Positions 20,071 through 29,183 of a DNA stretch of 64,000 nt are shown piece by piece. The notes beneath the pieces are model-generated. The model did not search any database. It saw nothing but the letters and a program-made list of their open reading frames with translations, and was not told the DNA's origin. Origin of the DNA: Thermoplasmata archaeon (GTDB taxonomy: Archaea; Thermoplasmatota; Thermoplasmata; Thermoplasmatales; ARK-15); the NCBI GenBank assembly GCA_049967255.1, contig JBMFTB010000001.1, positions 17,017 through 81,016 of the forward strand, in the 5' to 3' direction. The position numbers and the translations under genes are program-made. Position 1 is the stretch's first letter. Each line of letters begins with the position of its first letter.

Positions 20071-21714
20071 TTAGAACTCAAGCCTATCCTTAAAAATATC
20101 TGAAAATATTCTTTCAATGTTAAGTTCAAAAACAACAACAGGGTTTCCTAGATCAAACCTTTCTATGATTTCAGGGTGCATTTCCCCAAAAAAGCCCACA
20201 TATTGATCGTTGATGATTATACTTGCCTGTCTCCCATTGATAAGGAAAGGTTTTTTATCTTCCTTAATGTTCATTTCTAAACCGAGGCTTTGCAAAAATT
20301 TTCCTACTACACCTTTAATTTCTGTAAAAGATGCATTTGAGCTTATGGATACACCTGCAATATGTATCGTTTCCTTCCCATCAAAAACTTCACCTATTTC
20401 AAAAATTTTCTGTGGCAGATTTCTGTGTTTATTATTTTTTAATGTTTCCATCAGCATGGGTATTAGCCATGTTCTGTAAATGCTCTGGTCCTCTATCACA
20501 GGATTCACAATATTCATGGATTCTTCCTTATCAAGGTTAAAAATAAAAAAGTTCCTTTCTGGGGATGTGAATGTTAAATTAATTGTTTCAATGTATCCAA
20601 GCCCGATCATAATTCTTCTAAGCCTTTCCTTAACCATTTCAACATTTGATTCTATTCCAATCGAAAATTTTTCCGGCAATGATTTTTCAATTTTGTTAAA
20701 CCCGTATGCTTTTGCAACATCCTCAATAATGTCAACAGGATGCATTATATCTATTCTATATGGGGGTATACCAACCTCAATTTTTTTCTTTTTCATTGAA
20801 TATTTATAACCCATTGATTTAAGTGCTTTAAAAATACTCTCTTCATCCATCTTTATGCCCAGCATGTTTTCAATTTCAGTTTTTTCTATTGGTAATTTCT
20901 CATATTTAAGGTCTGGTAGAACCATCATGCCTTCTGGATAATTTATATTAACACTCTCATTTTCCATTGATAATTCATTCAACGCAGTTACAGTAAGGTC
21001 AAGTGTATTTATAACAGTAAAAAGATCTAGCCCTGTGACATCTATAAATATATTCTTTGTTTTTTCCGTCACCTGCGTAAGAGTTCCGTTGATAATTGGT
21101 GGGAATGAAAGAACATTATTTTCTGAATCTGTGATTACAGGATACATTTTAAAATCCTTTAAAAGTTCAGCATATTCAATACCCTTTGGATGATTCTTGA
21201 TTATTTCCATTAAATTCATTTTTTTTTGAAAACCCAGAGGAATGAATGAAATTTCTTCTGGTAAATATGCTGCATACTTGAATGGTGGCTTGACCTTGTC
21301 AAGATCATGAATGCCAATTGCTATTTTTTTCCTATCCCTTCCAACTGTCAAATGCAATTTTTCCTGTAAGTCCATAATATCCCTTATTGTTGTATCATTA
21401 AGATACAGATCCCTTATTATTGCTGCACCTATGAATGGTCTTATACTGCTGACATTTTTATCCACTTTAAGAAAGATATTCGATTTCTTAACCTTATAAT
21501 TCCTTTCTTCTTGAAATTTGTACTGCCTTATTGCCCTTGAAAGGCCAAAGATAGAATAAAGATCCGGCCTGTCAGGATAGAGCTCTAGATCCCAGGATAA
21601 GTCATCTCCCCTTTTTATATCCACTGCCAACGTTTCAAATATTTCTTCAAGATCATTAATTAAAAGACCTGTTAAGTTTTCAAGTCTTTTTTTATCTACT
21701 TTTATAACAACCAT
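20071..21714 (-). CDS. pheT: phenylalanine--tRNA ligase beta subunit, archaeal type
   Basis: 547 aa. B3_4 and B5 domain order. 'ELYPDRPDLYS' and 'IPPYRIDIMHPVDIIEDVA' motifs. Confidence 0.9.
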   Translation of the reverse strand: MVVIKVDKKRLENLTGLLINDLEEIFETLAVDIKRGDDLSWDLELYPDRPDLYSIFGLSRAIRQYKFQEERNYKVKKSNIFLKVDKNVSSIRPFIGAAIIRDLYLNDTTIRDIMDLQEKLHLTVGRDRKKIAIGIHDLDKVKPPFKYAAYLPEEISFIPLGFQKKMNLMEIIKNHPKGIEYAELLKDFKMYPVITDSENNVLSFPPIINGTLTQVTEKTKNIFIDVTGLDLFTVINTLDLTVTALNELSMENESVNINYPEGMMVLPDLKYEKLPIEKTEIENMLGIKMDEESIFKALKSMGYKYSMKKKKIEVGIPPYRIDIMHPVDIIEDVAKAYGFNKIEKSLPEKFSIGIESNVEMVKERLRRIMIGLGYIETINLTFTSPERNFFIFNLDKEESMNIVNPVIEDQSIYRTWLIPMLMETLKNNKHRNLPQKIFEIGEVFDGKETIHIAGVSISSNASFTEIKGVVGKFLQSLGLEMNIKEDKKPFLINGRQASIIINDQYVGFFGEMHPEIIERFDLGNPVVVFELNIERIFSDIFKDRLEF

Positions 21715-21738
21715 ATCACCTTAAATTATGGCCAGAAA

Positions 21739-23622
21739 CTATTTTAAACTTGCCATATTTGAATAAAATGTTTTTATTTCTTCCTCTATGTTTTTGCTCT
21801 TTTCCATTTCAATGTATTCTTTAAATCTAGGCGCTCTTTTATCAAGAATAATTGCCAATCCCCTGTCTGTTGATGATCTTATCATTCTTCCTATTGCCTG
21901 TAGAATTCTCCTGCCTGTTGGACCATGAACAAGGTATTTATAAACCGTGTTTTTATCCATTTCCTGGGAATAATACAATTCCATTAGCTTTTGCTTTGCT
22001 GAAGGCTTTGGATATGGTATACCTGCAATCACGACAAGTTCAATCTGCCCACCAGGAAAATCCATACCCTCACTTATTCTACTACCAAACACAGAAAAAA
22101 ATACACCACCATGTCTTTTAAACATGTGAATATTTTTTATAAAGTCCCTTTGTGACATATTCGGCGTTTCTTTATAAACGTTTCCAAAGAATGCAATGTC
22201 CCTTTCAAGTATTTTATTCATCAGGTTGTAGCTTGGAAAAAGAACGAGCGAATTATGTTTAGTGTTTATTATTTTTTCAATCAATTTTGCCATTTTTTCC
22301 CTTTCCTCATCATTTTTTATATAATCAAATTTTGTTGTAACATTATCAATATAGTATACCTTTAAATTATTCTTTGGAAATGGTGATGGATAAATGATCT
22401 TTTTTGCAATTTTTTTATTAAATATTAATGATTCATACTCATCTAAGGGCCTGAGTGTCCCAGACATATGTATTGACGCATATGAATTCTCTATGATTGA
22501 AGTAACAGGTTTCGGGTCTATGGCAAACATCTCAAGCATTAGCTGTTCCTCCTTTGTTATAATTCTCACAGTATCCCTATCTTCATTTAAAAAGAATTCA
22601 AGTAAAAATTGACCGAGGTTACCAACAAATGATCTAGGTAATTGCCCTTTTGATAACTTTTCTCCCCTTATTTTTTCTCCATAATCTAAAAGAGTATTCA
22701 AGAATAATATGAAATTATCTGTACTTGTACCAAAAGCATCTGATAACATTTGAAGAAGATATTCATTATTTAAAGGTGAATCATCCTTTTCTTTCAGTAA
22801 TTTTTCTGCTAAACCGAATAAAGTTTCCCTGAAAATTTCAATAAATTCAGAATATTTTATACCAAATTTGTTATCATCACCATAATCCATGATTTCCCTG
22901 TCTACCCCAGAGATTGATTTTAATGTCAGATGCATTGTTCTTTGATTCCTTGCAAAATCTGGAAGATTATGTGCTTCATCAATTATAAGAATTGTATTTT
23001 CTATTGAGATGTTTATCCATTCAAAAAGTCTCGATCTAATATTGGGATCAAAGAAATATACGTAAGGCATGATCAAAATATCTGCTTCTGTGGCCGCAAG
23101 TTTCATCGCTTCATAGGCACAAACCTCATCCTCCATTGATCTATCAACAAAATCCTGTGCGGTTAAAATATTTTCTTTTGCATATAAAACAACATCCTTT
23201 CCTTTTTCCAAAAAATTTTTGTAAAATATGCATGATTCAGCATTTCCATTTTCAACATCTTTTTTTCTTTTTCTGCAGCTAATCGCAAGTTCTTCAGGAG
23301 TTGCATCAAATATTTTTTCTTTCAGGAATAGCATACAGTATGAATTCCTGCCTTGGATAGGTACAAGTGTAAAACTGTACTCTTTCTTTAATTTCCTTGC
23401 CTCTTTTATTACCTGTTCCTGCTGTGAATTTGTTCTTGTTAAATAAAATATTTTCAATTTATTTTTTAATGCAAATTCCAATGAAGGAGCTAAAACAGCA
23501 ATTGTTTTACCTATTCCAGTAGGTGCTTCTAAAATCAGGTGCCCCTTTTTGTTCAATGTTTCCTCAACATCATTTACGATTTCCCTTTGAAAAGGTCTGT
23601 ATTCATAAGGAAAATATCTCAT
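21739..23622 (-). CDS. xpd: XPD/Rad3-type (DinG-family) 5'-3' DNA helicase
   Basis: Walker A 'EAPTGIGKT', DEAH box 'IIDEAHNL', four Cys of the FeS domain between motifs Ia and II, C-terminal 'QAIGRMIRS'. Confidence 0.9.
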   Translation of the reverse strand: MRYFPYEYRPFQREIVNDVEETLNKKGHLILEAPTGIGKTIAVLAPSLEFALKNKLKIFYLTRTNSQQEQVIKEARKLKKEYSFTLVPIQGRNSYCMLFLKEKIFDATPEELAISCRKRKKDVENGNAESCIFYKNFLEKGKDVVLYAKENILTAQDFVDRSMEDEVCAYEAMKLAATEADILIMPYVYFFDPNIRSRLFEWINISIENTILIIDEAHNLPDFARNQRTMHLTLKSISGVDREIMDYGDDNKFGIKYSEFIEIFRETLFGLAEKLLKEKDDSPLNNEYLLQMLSDAFGTSTDNFILFLNTLLDYGEKIRGEKLSKGQLPRSFVGNLGQFLLEFFLNEDRDTVRIITKEEQLMLEMFAIDPKPVTSIIENSYASIHMSGTLRPLDEYESLIFNKKIAKKIIYPSPFPKNNLKVYYIDNVTTKFDYIKNDEEREKMAKLIEKIINTKHNSLVLFPSYNLMNKILERDIAFFGNVYKETPNMSQRDFIKNIHMFKRHGGVFFSVFGSRISEGMDFPGGQIELVVIAGIPYPKPSAKQKLMELYYSQEMDKNTVYKYLVHGPTGRRILQAIGRMIRSSTDRGLAIILDKRAPRFKEYIEMEKSKNIEEEIKTFYSNMASLK

Positions 23623-23642
23623 TCTTGATCATCTTATGCCAG

Positions 23643-23728
23643 CGCCGCGGGGGAGATTTGAACTCCCGCTCCCTTTGCAGAGAACCAGCTCTCAAGGCTG
23701 GCGCCGTAGTCCGCTTGGCTACCGCGGC
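23643..23728 (-). tRNA. tRNA-Ser (anticodon UGA), 86 nt, no intron, CCA not encoded
   Basis: Hand-folded. Acceptor stem GCCGCGG/CCGCGGC with discriminator G. Anticodon stem CCAGC/GCTGG with loop CTTGAGA. Long variable arm TCTCT-GCAA-AGGGA. T-arm GGGAG-TTCAAAT-CTCCC. Confidence 0.93.
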
Positions 23729-23752
23729 TCTAAAAAAGAATGGACAATTGCG

Positions 23753-23761
23753 TAATAAATC
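23753..23761 (-). promoter_or_regulatory. TATA-like box for tRNA-Ser
   Basis: The minus strand reads 'gaTTTATTA', ending about 25 nt upstream of tRNA position 1. Confidence 0.4.
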
Positions 23762-23768
23762 TTTTTGT

Positions 23769-24965
23769 TTAAAGGAGGTCCTCAAATTCCTTAACAAGTT
23801 CTGGATACTTTTTCTGTACAGCATCCAGGAGACTTTTTACAGATATTGATGTTAATTCTACAGAGGATATAGCATCCACGAGCTTGTTTAATGTTTCGTC
23901 GGAAAGCATTGAAAGTTTTTCTTTTGCAAACCAATTCCTTAAATTCTTTCTCTCGAACTTTTCCCTTACCTTCTTTTCATAGTGCTCCTTAAGGAATTCC
24001 TTTGATGAATTTCCTGATTTTATTGCTTCATATGCTGCCTCTGCTGCAAGCTTGCCAGAAATACAGGCATTTGCAATACCACCACCTGTAATTGGGTCAA
24101 TCAGTCTTGCAGAATCACCTACCAGCATAACATTATCTGTAACTATCGTTTGAGGCATTTGGCAAGTAGATACCGCCCCTGTAATAAGTTCAATTGTTTT
24201 TCCCTTCTTAAGACCAGGATGTTTTTCAATGAATTCATCAAGATATTTTTTTACTTCACCTGGCCTTTTGAGCTTATTCAATGCAACACCTATGCCTACA
24301 TTCGCTTCATCGCCATTTTTTGGAAATACCCATACATATCCACCAGGTGCACAACTGCCAAGGTAAAAGTCCGTAAAATCCTTATTAATATCAATGCCAA
24401 CCATTCTGTATTCTACACATGAAACAATATCCCTGTCCTTCACCATTGTATTAATCTTTGACCATCTACCTACCTGACTTTCAAACCCATCAGCACCGAT
24501 TATTATTTTAGCCCTTACTTCAACAATTTCACCCATTCTCCTTATTTTGGCTCCTGATACCTTGCCATTTTCTATTATCAAAGAAATAGCAGGGCTTTTC
24601 ACCCAAATCTCTGCCCCTTCTCTTGCAGCTAATGCTGCAAGATATTTGTCAAATTTGTCCCTTTCTATAATATAGCCCACTTCATTACCTGCCCTGGCTG
24701 CTGAAAGTTTTATGAACGTTTTTTCATCCGGCGGATATATCCTGGCACCTTCAACTTCGTTGGATATCCAGTTTGGCTGTGCTTCAATTTCTACTTCAGG
24801 TAACCAGCTTTTTGAAATGCCTTCGCCACACCGAACCGGTGAACCGATATCTGGCCTTTTTTCTATCATTAATACCCTTAAGCCCTTCCTTGAGGCAAAC
24901 CTAGCAGCAGAGCTACCTCCAGGTCCTGCCCCAATAACAAGTACATCATACTCAAATGATTTCAT
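23769..24965 (-). CDS. digeranylgeranylglycerophospholipid (geranylgeranyl) reductase
   Basis: FAD motif 'YDVLVIGAGPGGSSAA'; 'RCGEG'; 'LVGDSARLIDPITGGGI'. The start is set to MKSFEYD (24965). The 22 upstream codons of the track ORF overlap the ferredoxin gene in another frame. Confidence 0.9.
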   Translation of the reverse strand: MKSFEYDVLVIGAGPGGSSAARFASRKGLRVLMIEKRPDIGSPVRCGEGISKSWLPEVEIEAQPNWISNEVEGARIYPPDEKTFIKLSAARAGNEVGYIIERDKFDKYLAALAAREGAEIWVKSPAISLIIENGKVSGAKIRRMGEIVEVRAKIIIGADGFESQVGRWSKINTMVKDRDIVSCVEYRMVGIDINKDFTDFYLGSCAPGGYVWVFPKNGDEANVGIGVALNKLKRPGEVKKYLDEFIEKHPGLKKGKTIELITGAVSTCQMPQTIVTDNVMLVGDSARLIDPITGGGIANACISGKLAAEAAYEAIKSGNSSKEFLKEHYEKKVREKFERKNLRNWFAKEKLSMLSDETLNKLVDAISSVELTSISVKSLLDAVQKKYPELVKEFEDLL

Positions 24966-25138
24966 TTGAACCACTCCGCAGAAATCGCACCCATCGGGCA
25001 TATTCTTATGCAAAAGCCACATTTTGTGCATGCTTTTTCATCAATAATAATCCTTGTTTCATCAAGGTACATGCAATTAACGGGGCAAGAGCCAACGCAG
25101 GCACCACAGTAATTGCATTTGGAAGTATCAACTTCCAT
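24962..25138 (-). CDS. 2x[4Fe-4S] ferredoxin, 58 aa (below the ORF-track cutoff)
   Basis: Hand translation: MEVDTSKCNYCGACVGSCPVNCMYLDETRIIIDEKACTKCGFCIRICPMGAISAEWFK*. Two CxxCxxCxxxCP motifs. The stop overlaps the reductase ATG (ATGA), and the start lies 4 nt after the radical-SAM stop codon. Confidence 0.8.
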   Translation of the reverse strand: MEVDTSKCNYCGACVGSCPVNCMYLDETRIIIDEKACTKCGFCIRICPMGAISAEWFK

Positions 25139-25142
25139 GTAT

Positions 25143-26705
25143 TCACACTCCCTCTGTACCTACAGCATTACCATATCTTTTCCTGTACTCTTCCAAAGTC
25201 ATTGAGAATTTTTTCTCCACCTCTGTTCTATAAACAGGGCCAGAATTGTATGCGCAGAAAGGTATTACCCTTCCATCCGGTGTGGCATAGTGAATTACAC
25301 ATCTCTTAAGTCTTTCAAGATCGTAATTATATTCATCTTGGAAGTGCATTGCCCCAATGAAAAGAGAATCCCAATGAAGCTTTCCAAGGGTATCCTTCGT
25401 TCCTTCTTTGAAAACATCAAGGATTTCTTTGATCTTGAAGTGAGAGGGTGCTTCGTCCTCGTTATAATATTTTTTGAATATCCTATACAGATAGGGTACA
25501 GAAAATACCTTTGACTTCCCATCGAATTTTGCTTCCATAATCTTTGGCCTCAGTTCTTCAACAAGACCATCAACATCTATGAACCTTGTAATAGGTATAA
25601 CCTTGTTTTTATCATAATCCATAAATAAGTATGTTGCCGTACCGCAATGTGGATGGGATGTAAATGCAACATAAGGATGCCTGAACAGCTGGGATGCAAG
25701 TTCTGAAAAAAGAGCAGCAACAGGTATAGGGAAGAAGTCCTTTTTTTCAAAATATGTTGTCTGTTTTAAAAGATCTTTGATCAAATCACCCTGTGTGTAT
25801 CTACCAACAATTAGCTCATCCTGTGGAATCCTGCCCGCGAATGAAACAGGCTGAAAATTTACTGACCTGATAACATCAAGATTTTTAAGACCAAAATCGA
25901 TTATCTGCCCAACTTCGTCATCATTTACTCCTTTTACGATCACTGGAACCAAAACTGTGGCGAGCGGTTTAGGTTTTGTGTGTCTCAGATATTCTATTGC
26001 TTGAAGCTTTTCCTTTAGAAAACCAGGTCTGCCTCTTGTTTTTATATAGGTCATATCCTTGAAACCATCAAATTGAAGATATACTGTGTGAAGACCTGCA
26101 TCAAGCATATTCTGTGCAAAATCTGGCTCGTGTGCAATTCTAACACCATTTGTTGCTACCTGTATCTGTGCAAAACCAAGCTCCTTTGCCTTTTTAATTA
26201 CATCAAGGAATTGTGGATATATTGTTGGTTCACCACCTGCAAACTGTACAGCAGGAGTTGGAACAGGTTTTTCATTTCTCAAAACCTCCATCATATAAAC
26301 AATCTGTTCAAATGATGGCTCATAAACATATCCCGCAGCATTAGCATTTGCAAAGCATATGGGGCACTTAAGATTGCACCTGTTGGTAAGATCAATATTT
26401 GCCAGTGATGTGTGGCTATAATGAAGTGTGCATAAACCGCAATCGTATGGGCAATTTGATCCACTGATCTGGGGATTTTGAACGCCTACGCCGTCAAATG
26501 CAAAATTTTCATAGCGCAAATATGTTTCAACATCTCCAAAATAAATATCTTTGAATTCACCATGCTCGGGACATGTTTTCTTGTACATTACTTTTCCATT
26601 TTCTTCATAAATTGTGGCAGGTATCACTTTCTTGCAAACAGGACAAATTGAAAGCGTCTCCTTCGGTAAGCCTTTTTTTAATTTAGAAGGTTGTATTATA
26701 TACAT
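25143..26705 (-). CDS. radical SAM enzyme, tetraether lipid synthase (Tes / GDGT-MAS)-like
   Basis: N-terminal rubredoxin-like 'CPVCKK..CPEHG', auxiliary 'CPYDCGLC', radical-SAM 'CNLKCPICF', about 200-aa C-terminal domain. Operonic with the ferredoxin and geranylgeranyl reductase. Confidence 0.6.
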   Translation of the reverse strand: MYIIQPSKLKKGLPKETLSICPVCKKVIPATIYEENGKVMYKKTCPEHGEFKDIYFGDVETYLRYENFAFDGVGVQNPQISGSNCPYDCGLCTLHYSHTSLANIDLTNRCNLKCPICFANANAAGYVYEPSFEQIVYMMEVLRNEKPVPTPAVQFAGGEPTIYPQFLDVIKKAKELGFAQIQVATNGVRIAHEPDFAQNMLDAGLHTVYLQFDGFKDMTYIKTRGRPGFLKEKLQAIEYLRHTKPKPLATVLVPVIVKGVNDDEVGQIIDFGLKNLDVIRSVNFQPVSFAGRIPQDELIVGRYTQGDLIKDLLKQTTYFEKKDFFPIPVAALFSELASQLFRHPYVAFTSHPHCGTATYLFMDYDKNKVIPITRFIDVDGLVEELRPKIMEAKFDGKSKVFSVPYLYRIFKKYYNEDEAPSHFKIKEILDVFKEGTKDTLGKLHWDSLFIGAMHFQDEYNYDLERLKRCVIHYATPDGRVIPFCAYNSGPVYRTEVEKKFSMTLEEYRKRYGNAVGTEGV

Positions 26706-26757
26706 GAAATTACACCTTGTTCAATAAATATTAAAAAAATCAATATAATGGTTTTGT

Positions 26758-27387
26758 CTACTTTTTTGCTACAATCCTTGATGAAGGACAATAATTACTA
26801 ACCGGACAAATATCACATCTAGGGCCCTTAGGTCTGCATATGCTTTTTCCAAATTCAACTAGTACAGAATTTATTATTTTCCAGTAACTTCTATCTATTA
26901 TTTTCATCAGTTCCAATTCCGTTTCCTCAGGAGTTTTTGTTTTTACCCATCCTAGCCTGTTTGATATCCTGTGTACATGTGTGTCAACAGCAATGTAATC
27001 CTTGCTATAAGAAACTGAAAGAACTATATTTGCAGTTTTTGTCCCTACACCTGGCAATTTTAAAAGCAGATCCTTTTCCTTTGGGACATTGCCCCCATAA
27101 TCATCTAGAATTATCCTTGCAATTTCCTTGATCCTTTTCGCCTTTTCCCTATAAAATCCAATCGGTTTCAATAAAATTTCAAGATCTTCATTCTTTGCAT
27201 TTGCCAGGTCATTAAGATTAGGGTATTTTTCAAAAAGGCGTTTTGAAACGGTTGCTGTTGTTTCATCCTTTGTCCTCTGTGAAAGAACAGTTGATATTAA
27301 TACTTTCCAAGGCTCATTATATGGAATTTTATGAGGACTTATTTTTTTCATTAATATTTTAATTACAATTTCTATTTTTTCATCCAT
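26758..27387 (-). CDS. nth: endonuclease III (HhH-GPD DNA glycosylase/AP lyase)
   Basis: HhH 'LPGVGTKTANIVL', catalytic 'VDTHVHR', FeS loop 'CRPKGPRCDICPVSNYC'. Confidence 0.9.
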   Translation of the reverse strand: MDEKIEIVIKILMKKISPHKIPYNEPWKVLISTVLSQRTKDETTATVSKRLFEKYPNLNDLANAKNEDLEILLKPIGFYREKAKRIKEIARIILDDYGGNVPKEKDLLLKLPGVGTKTANIVLSVSYSKDYIAVDTHVHRISNRLGWVKTKTPEETELELMKIIDRSYWKIINSVLVEFGKSICRPKGPRCDICPVSNYCPSSRIVAKK

Positions 27388-27393
27388 ACTATT

Positions 27394-29157
27394 TCACCTG
27401 AATGCATATGCAGGGCATGGGCCGATGCATTTTGTACAGTGCATGCATCTTTCTTCATTTATCCAAACCTTACCATTCTCCAAATATAGTGCATCTTTAT
27501 CGCATCTGCCAGTGCATATACCACACCCAACACATTCCTCTGATTCATATATTATCTGTATGCCAATATCAATGAATCTTTTATCTATAATAATTTTATT
27601 ATTAATTTCATAAAAATTTTTAGGTAAAATATTCATCATATTTTTTAATCTTACTAAATCAATAACATTGTTAGCTTTTATTTCAAAACTCTTCCCGTAT
27701 TCGATTTTCTCTATCTCAAGTGAAGTTCTTTTAAATCCATCAAAACCAAATCTACTTTTCAAAAATTCAGGAAGTGAATTCCATCGCCATAAACCGTAGG
27801 ATAACCATTCATCTGGTATATTATTCTTTTTGGCATAACTTTTCAAAAACTCTTCCCATTTTTCATATTCCCTATAATTGTTCTTGACAATGTTTAAATC
27901 ACTTAAGTCTTGTGATGGGCACATAAAACAACCCGTTCTCCAAAGGCCCATATCATACCAAGGATTATATTCAAGGCCATGCTCAAATATATAAATCCAT
28001 ACCATAAGTGAGTTCCAGTTCTGAATGGGACTTATTCCTATCTGATTTGGCACCCATCTATTTTCCCATATCTCACCCTTGCTTGATCTCGTTTTGCTTT
28101 CATATGCCCTCTGACCTATGAGCATATATATTGGACCACTTGAATGTTCTTTTATGTATCTTGTTGTCGGCCCGAGTTTGCAAACTTTGCAACACCATCT
28201 ATAATCTCGACCTGGTGGACCAAAATGATCGAGATTTAAAAAAAATGCGTTACCTGCATCTATTATATCAAGATCAAGCTGGAATTTTTCAGCTGTTTTT
28301 TTAACATATTCTATTGTTTCTTTGAATTCAAGTCCAGTGTTCAAAAATACTGTTTTGAACTTTATTCCAGATCTTATTGCAAGATGCAATGCAACAAGAC
28401 TATCCTTTCCACCACTAAATGAAACAAATGTATTTTTTCCATCCAATTTTTTAATCATTTCAATAGATTTTTCTTCCCTGAATTTCATATAGTTTCTATT
28501 TGCTTCAATTATTTTTTTCATATCCCCTTTTTTATCAGGTATTTTGATATCCTCCATTAGAAACTTTACCTTAACTGCCATACCCCTTTCAATTTTTTCA
28601 TTTTTTGATATTCTTGAAATACCCAGTGCAATGGGTATTTTATTATCATTAACAATAAATGCATCCCTGTCTTTTTTTACATCATCTCCTATTTTTATTA
28701 TGCCAGGTGCCATTAAATTGGTACCCTTTTTTATTGATTCAATTGCAACAGGGTCTGCTTGTATGAAAATATCCTTTAAATGTTCCTTTGCAACAACATA
28801 AAAATGTGGTCTGAGCGCGACCTTTAATTTATTAAAGTCATGCATAACAGTAGCAATAACATAACCGCCAACGATTATTTCTTCGGATCTATCAGGACCA
28901 GGAATTCTGTTCAATACAATTACTTTCTCAGAAAAAACTTCTGAAAAATTTATTTTTAAAATATCTTTGAATGATTCATCAAGTATTTCCATATCCCCCT
29001 TTAATGGAAATTTAAAATCGCCTGGAGGTGTTACATTAACCTTTCTTGATTCCGATCTGCAAATATCACATTTCTTCCCCAATATGGGTACGTTGCAATT
29101 ATCACACCAGTTCAAGTTTACTTTCCCAAGAAATACCACATTAGACACATAAAACAA
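27394..29157 (-). CDS. Zn-ribbon / PUA / PAPS-reductase-like PP-loop ATPase / 2x[4Fe-4S] ferredoxin fusion protein
   Basis: 'WCDNCNVPILGKKCDIC' zinc ribbon. PUA-like region ('GTNLMAPGI'). PP-loop 'SFSGGKDS'. 'RWCCKVCK' and 'GCFMCP' cysteine pairs. C-terminal 'CVGCGICTGRC..CMHCTKCIGPCP'. The start codon is uncertain (TTG at 29157). Confidence 0.7.
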   Translation of the reverse strand: MFYVSNVVFLGKVNLNWCDNCNVPILGKKCDICRSESRKVNVTPPGDFKFPLKGDMEILDESFKDILKINFSEVFSEKVIVLNRIPGPDRSEEIIVGGYVIATVMHDFNKLKVALRPHFYVVAKEHLKDIFIQADPVAIESIKKGTNLMAPGIIKIGDDVKKDRDAFIVNDNKIPIALGISRISKNEKIERGMAVKVKFLMEDIKIPDKKGDMKKIIEANRNYMKFREEKSIEMIKKLDGKNTFVSFSGGKDSLVALHLAIRSGIKFKTVFLNTGLEFKETIEYVKKTAEKFQLDLDIIDAGNAFFLNLDHFGPPGRDYRWCCKVCKLGPTTRYIKEHSSGPIYMLIGQRAYESKTRSSKGEIWENRWVPNQIGISPIQNWNSLMVWIYIFEHGLEYNPWYDMGLWRTGCFMCPSQDLSDLNIVKNNYREYEKWEEFLKSYAKKNNIPDEWLSYGLWRWNSLPEFLKSRFGFDGFKRTSLEIEKIEYGKSFEIKANNVIDLVRLKNMMNILPKNFYEINNKIIIDKRFIDIGIQIIYESEECVGCGICTGRCDKDALYLENGKVWINEERCMHCTKCIGPCPAYAFR

Positions 29158-29183
29158 AAAAAGGAAAAAGGATAAAAATATTT

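Noticed and set aside
23523-23849. ORFs 23523..23849 (+) and 23603..23824 (-) spanning the XPD-to-reductase gap
   Set aside because: They run straight through a well-folded tRNA-Ser and the ends of real genes. Their composition is driven by the GC-rich tRNA, so they are spurious.
24966-25031. N-terminal extension of the geranylgeranyl reductase ORF ('MHKMWLLHKNMPDGCDFCGVVQ')
   Set aside because: It is the ferredoxin gene read out of frame. The canonical FAD motif starts right after the internal Met at 24965.
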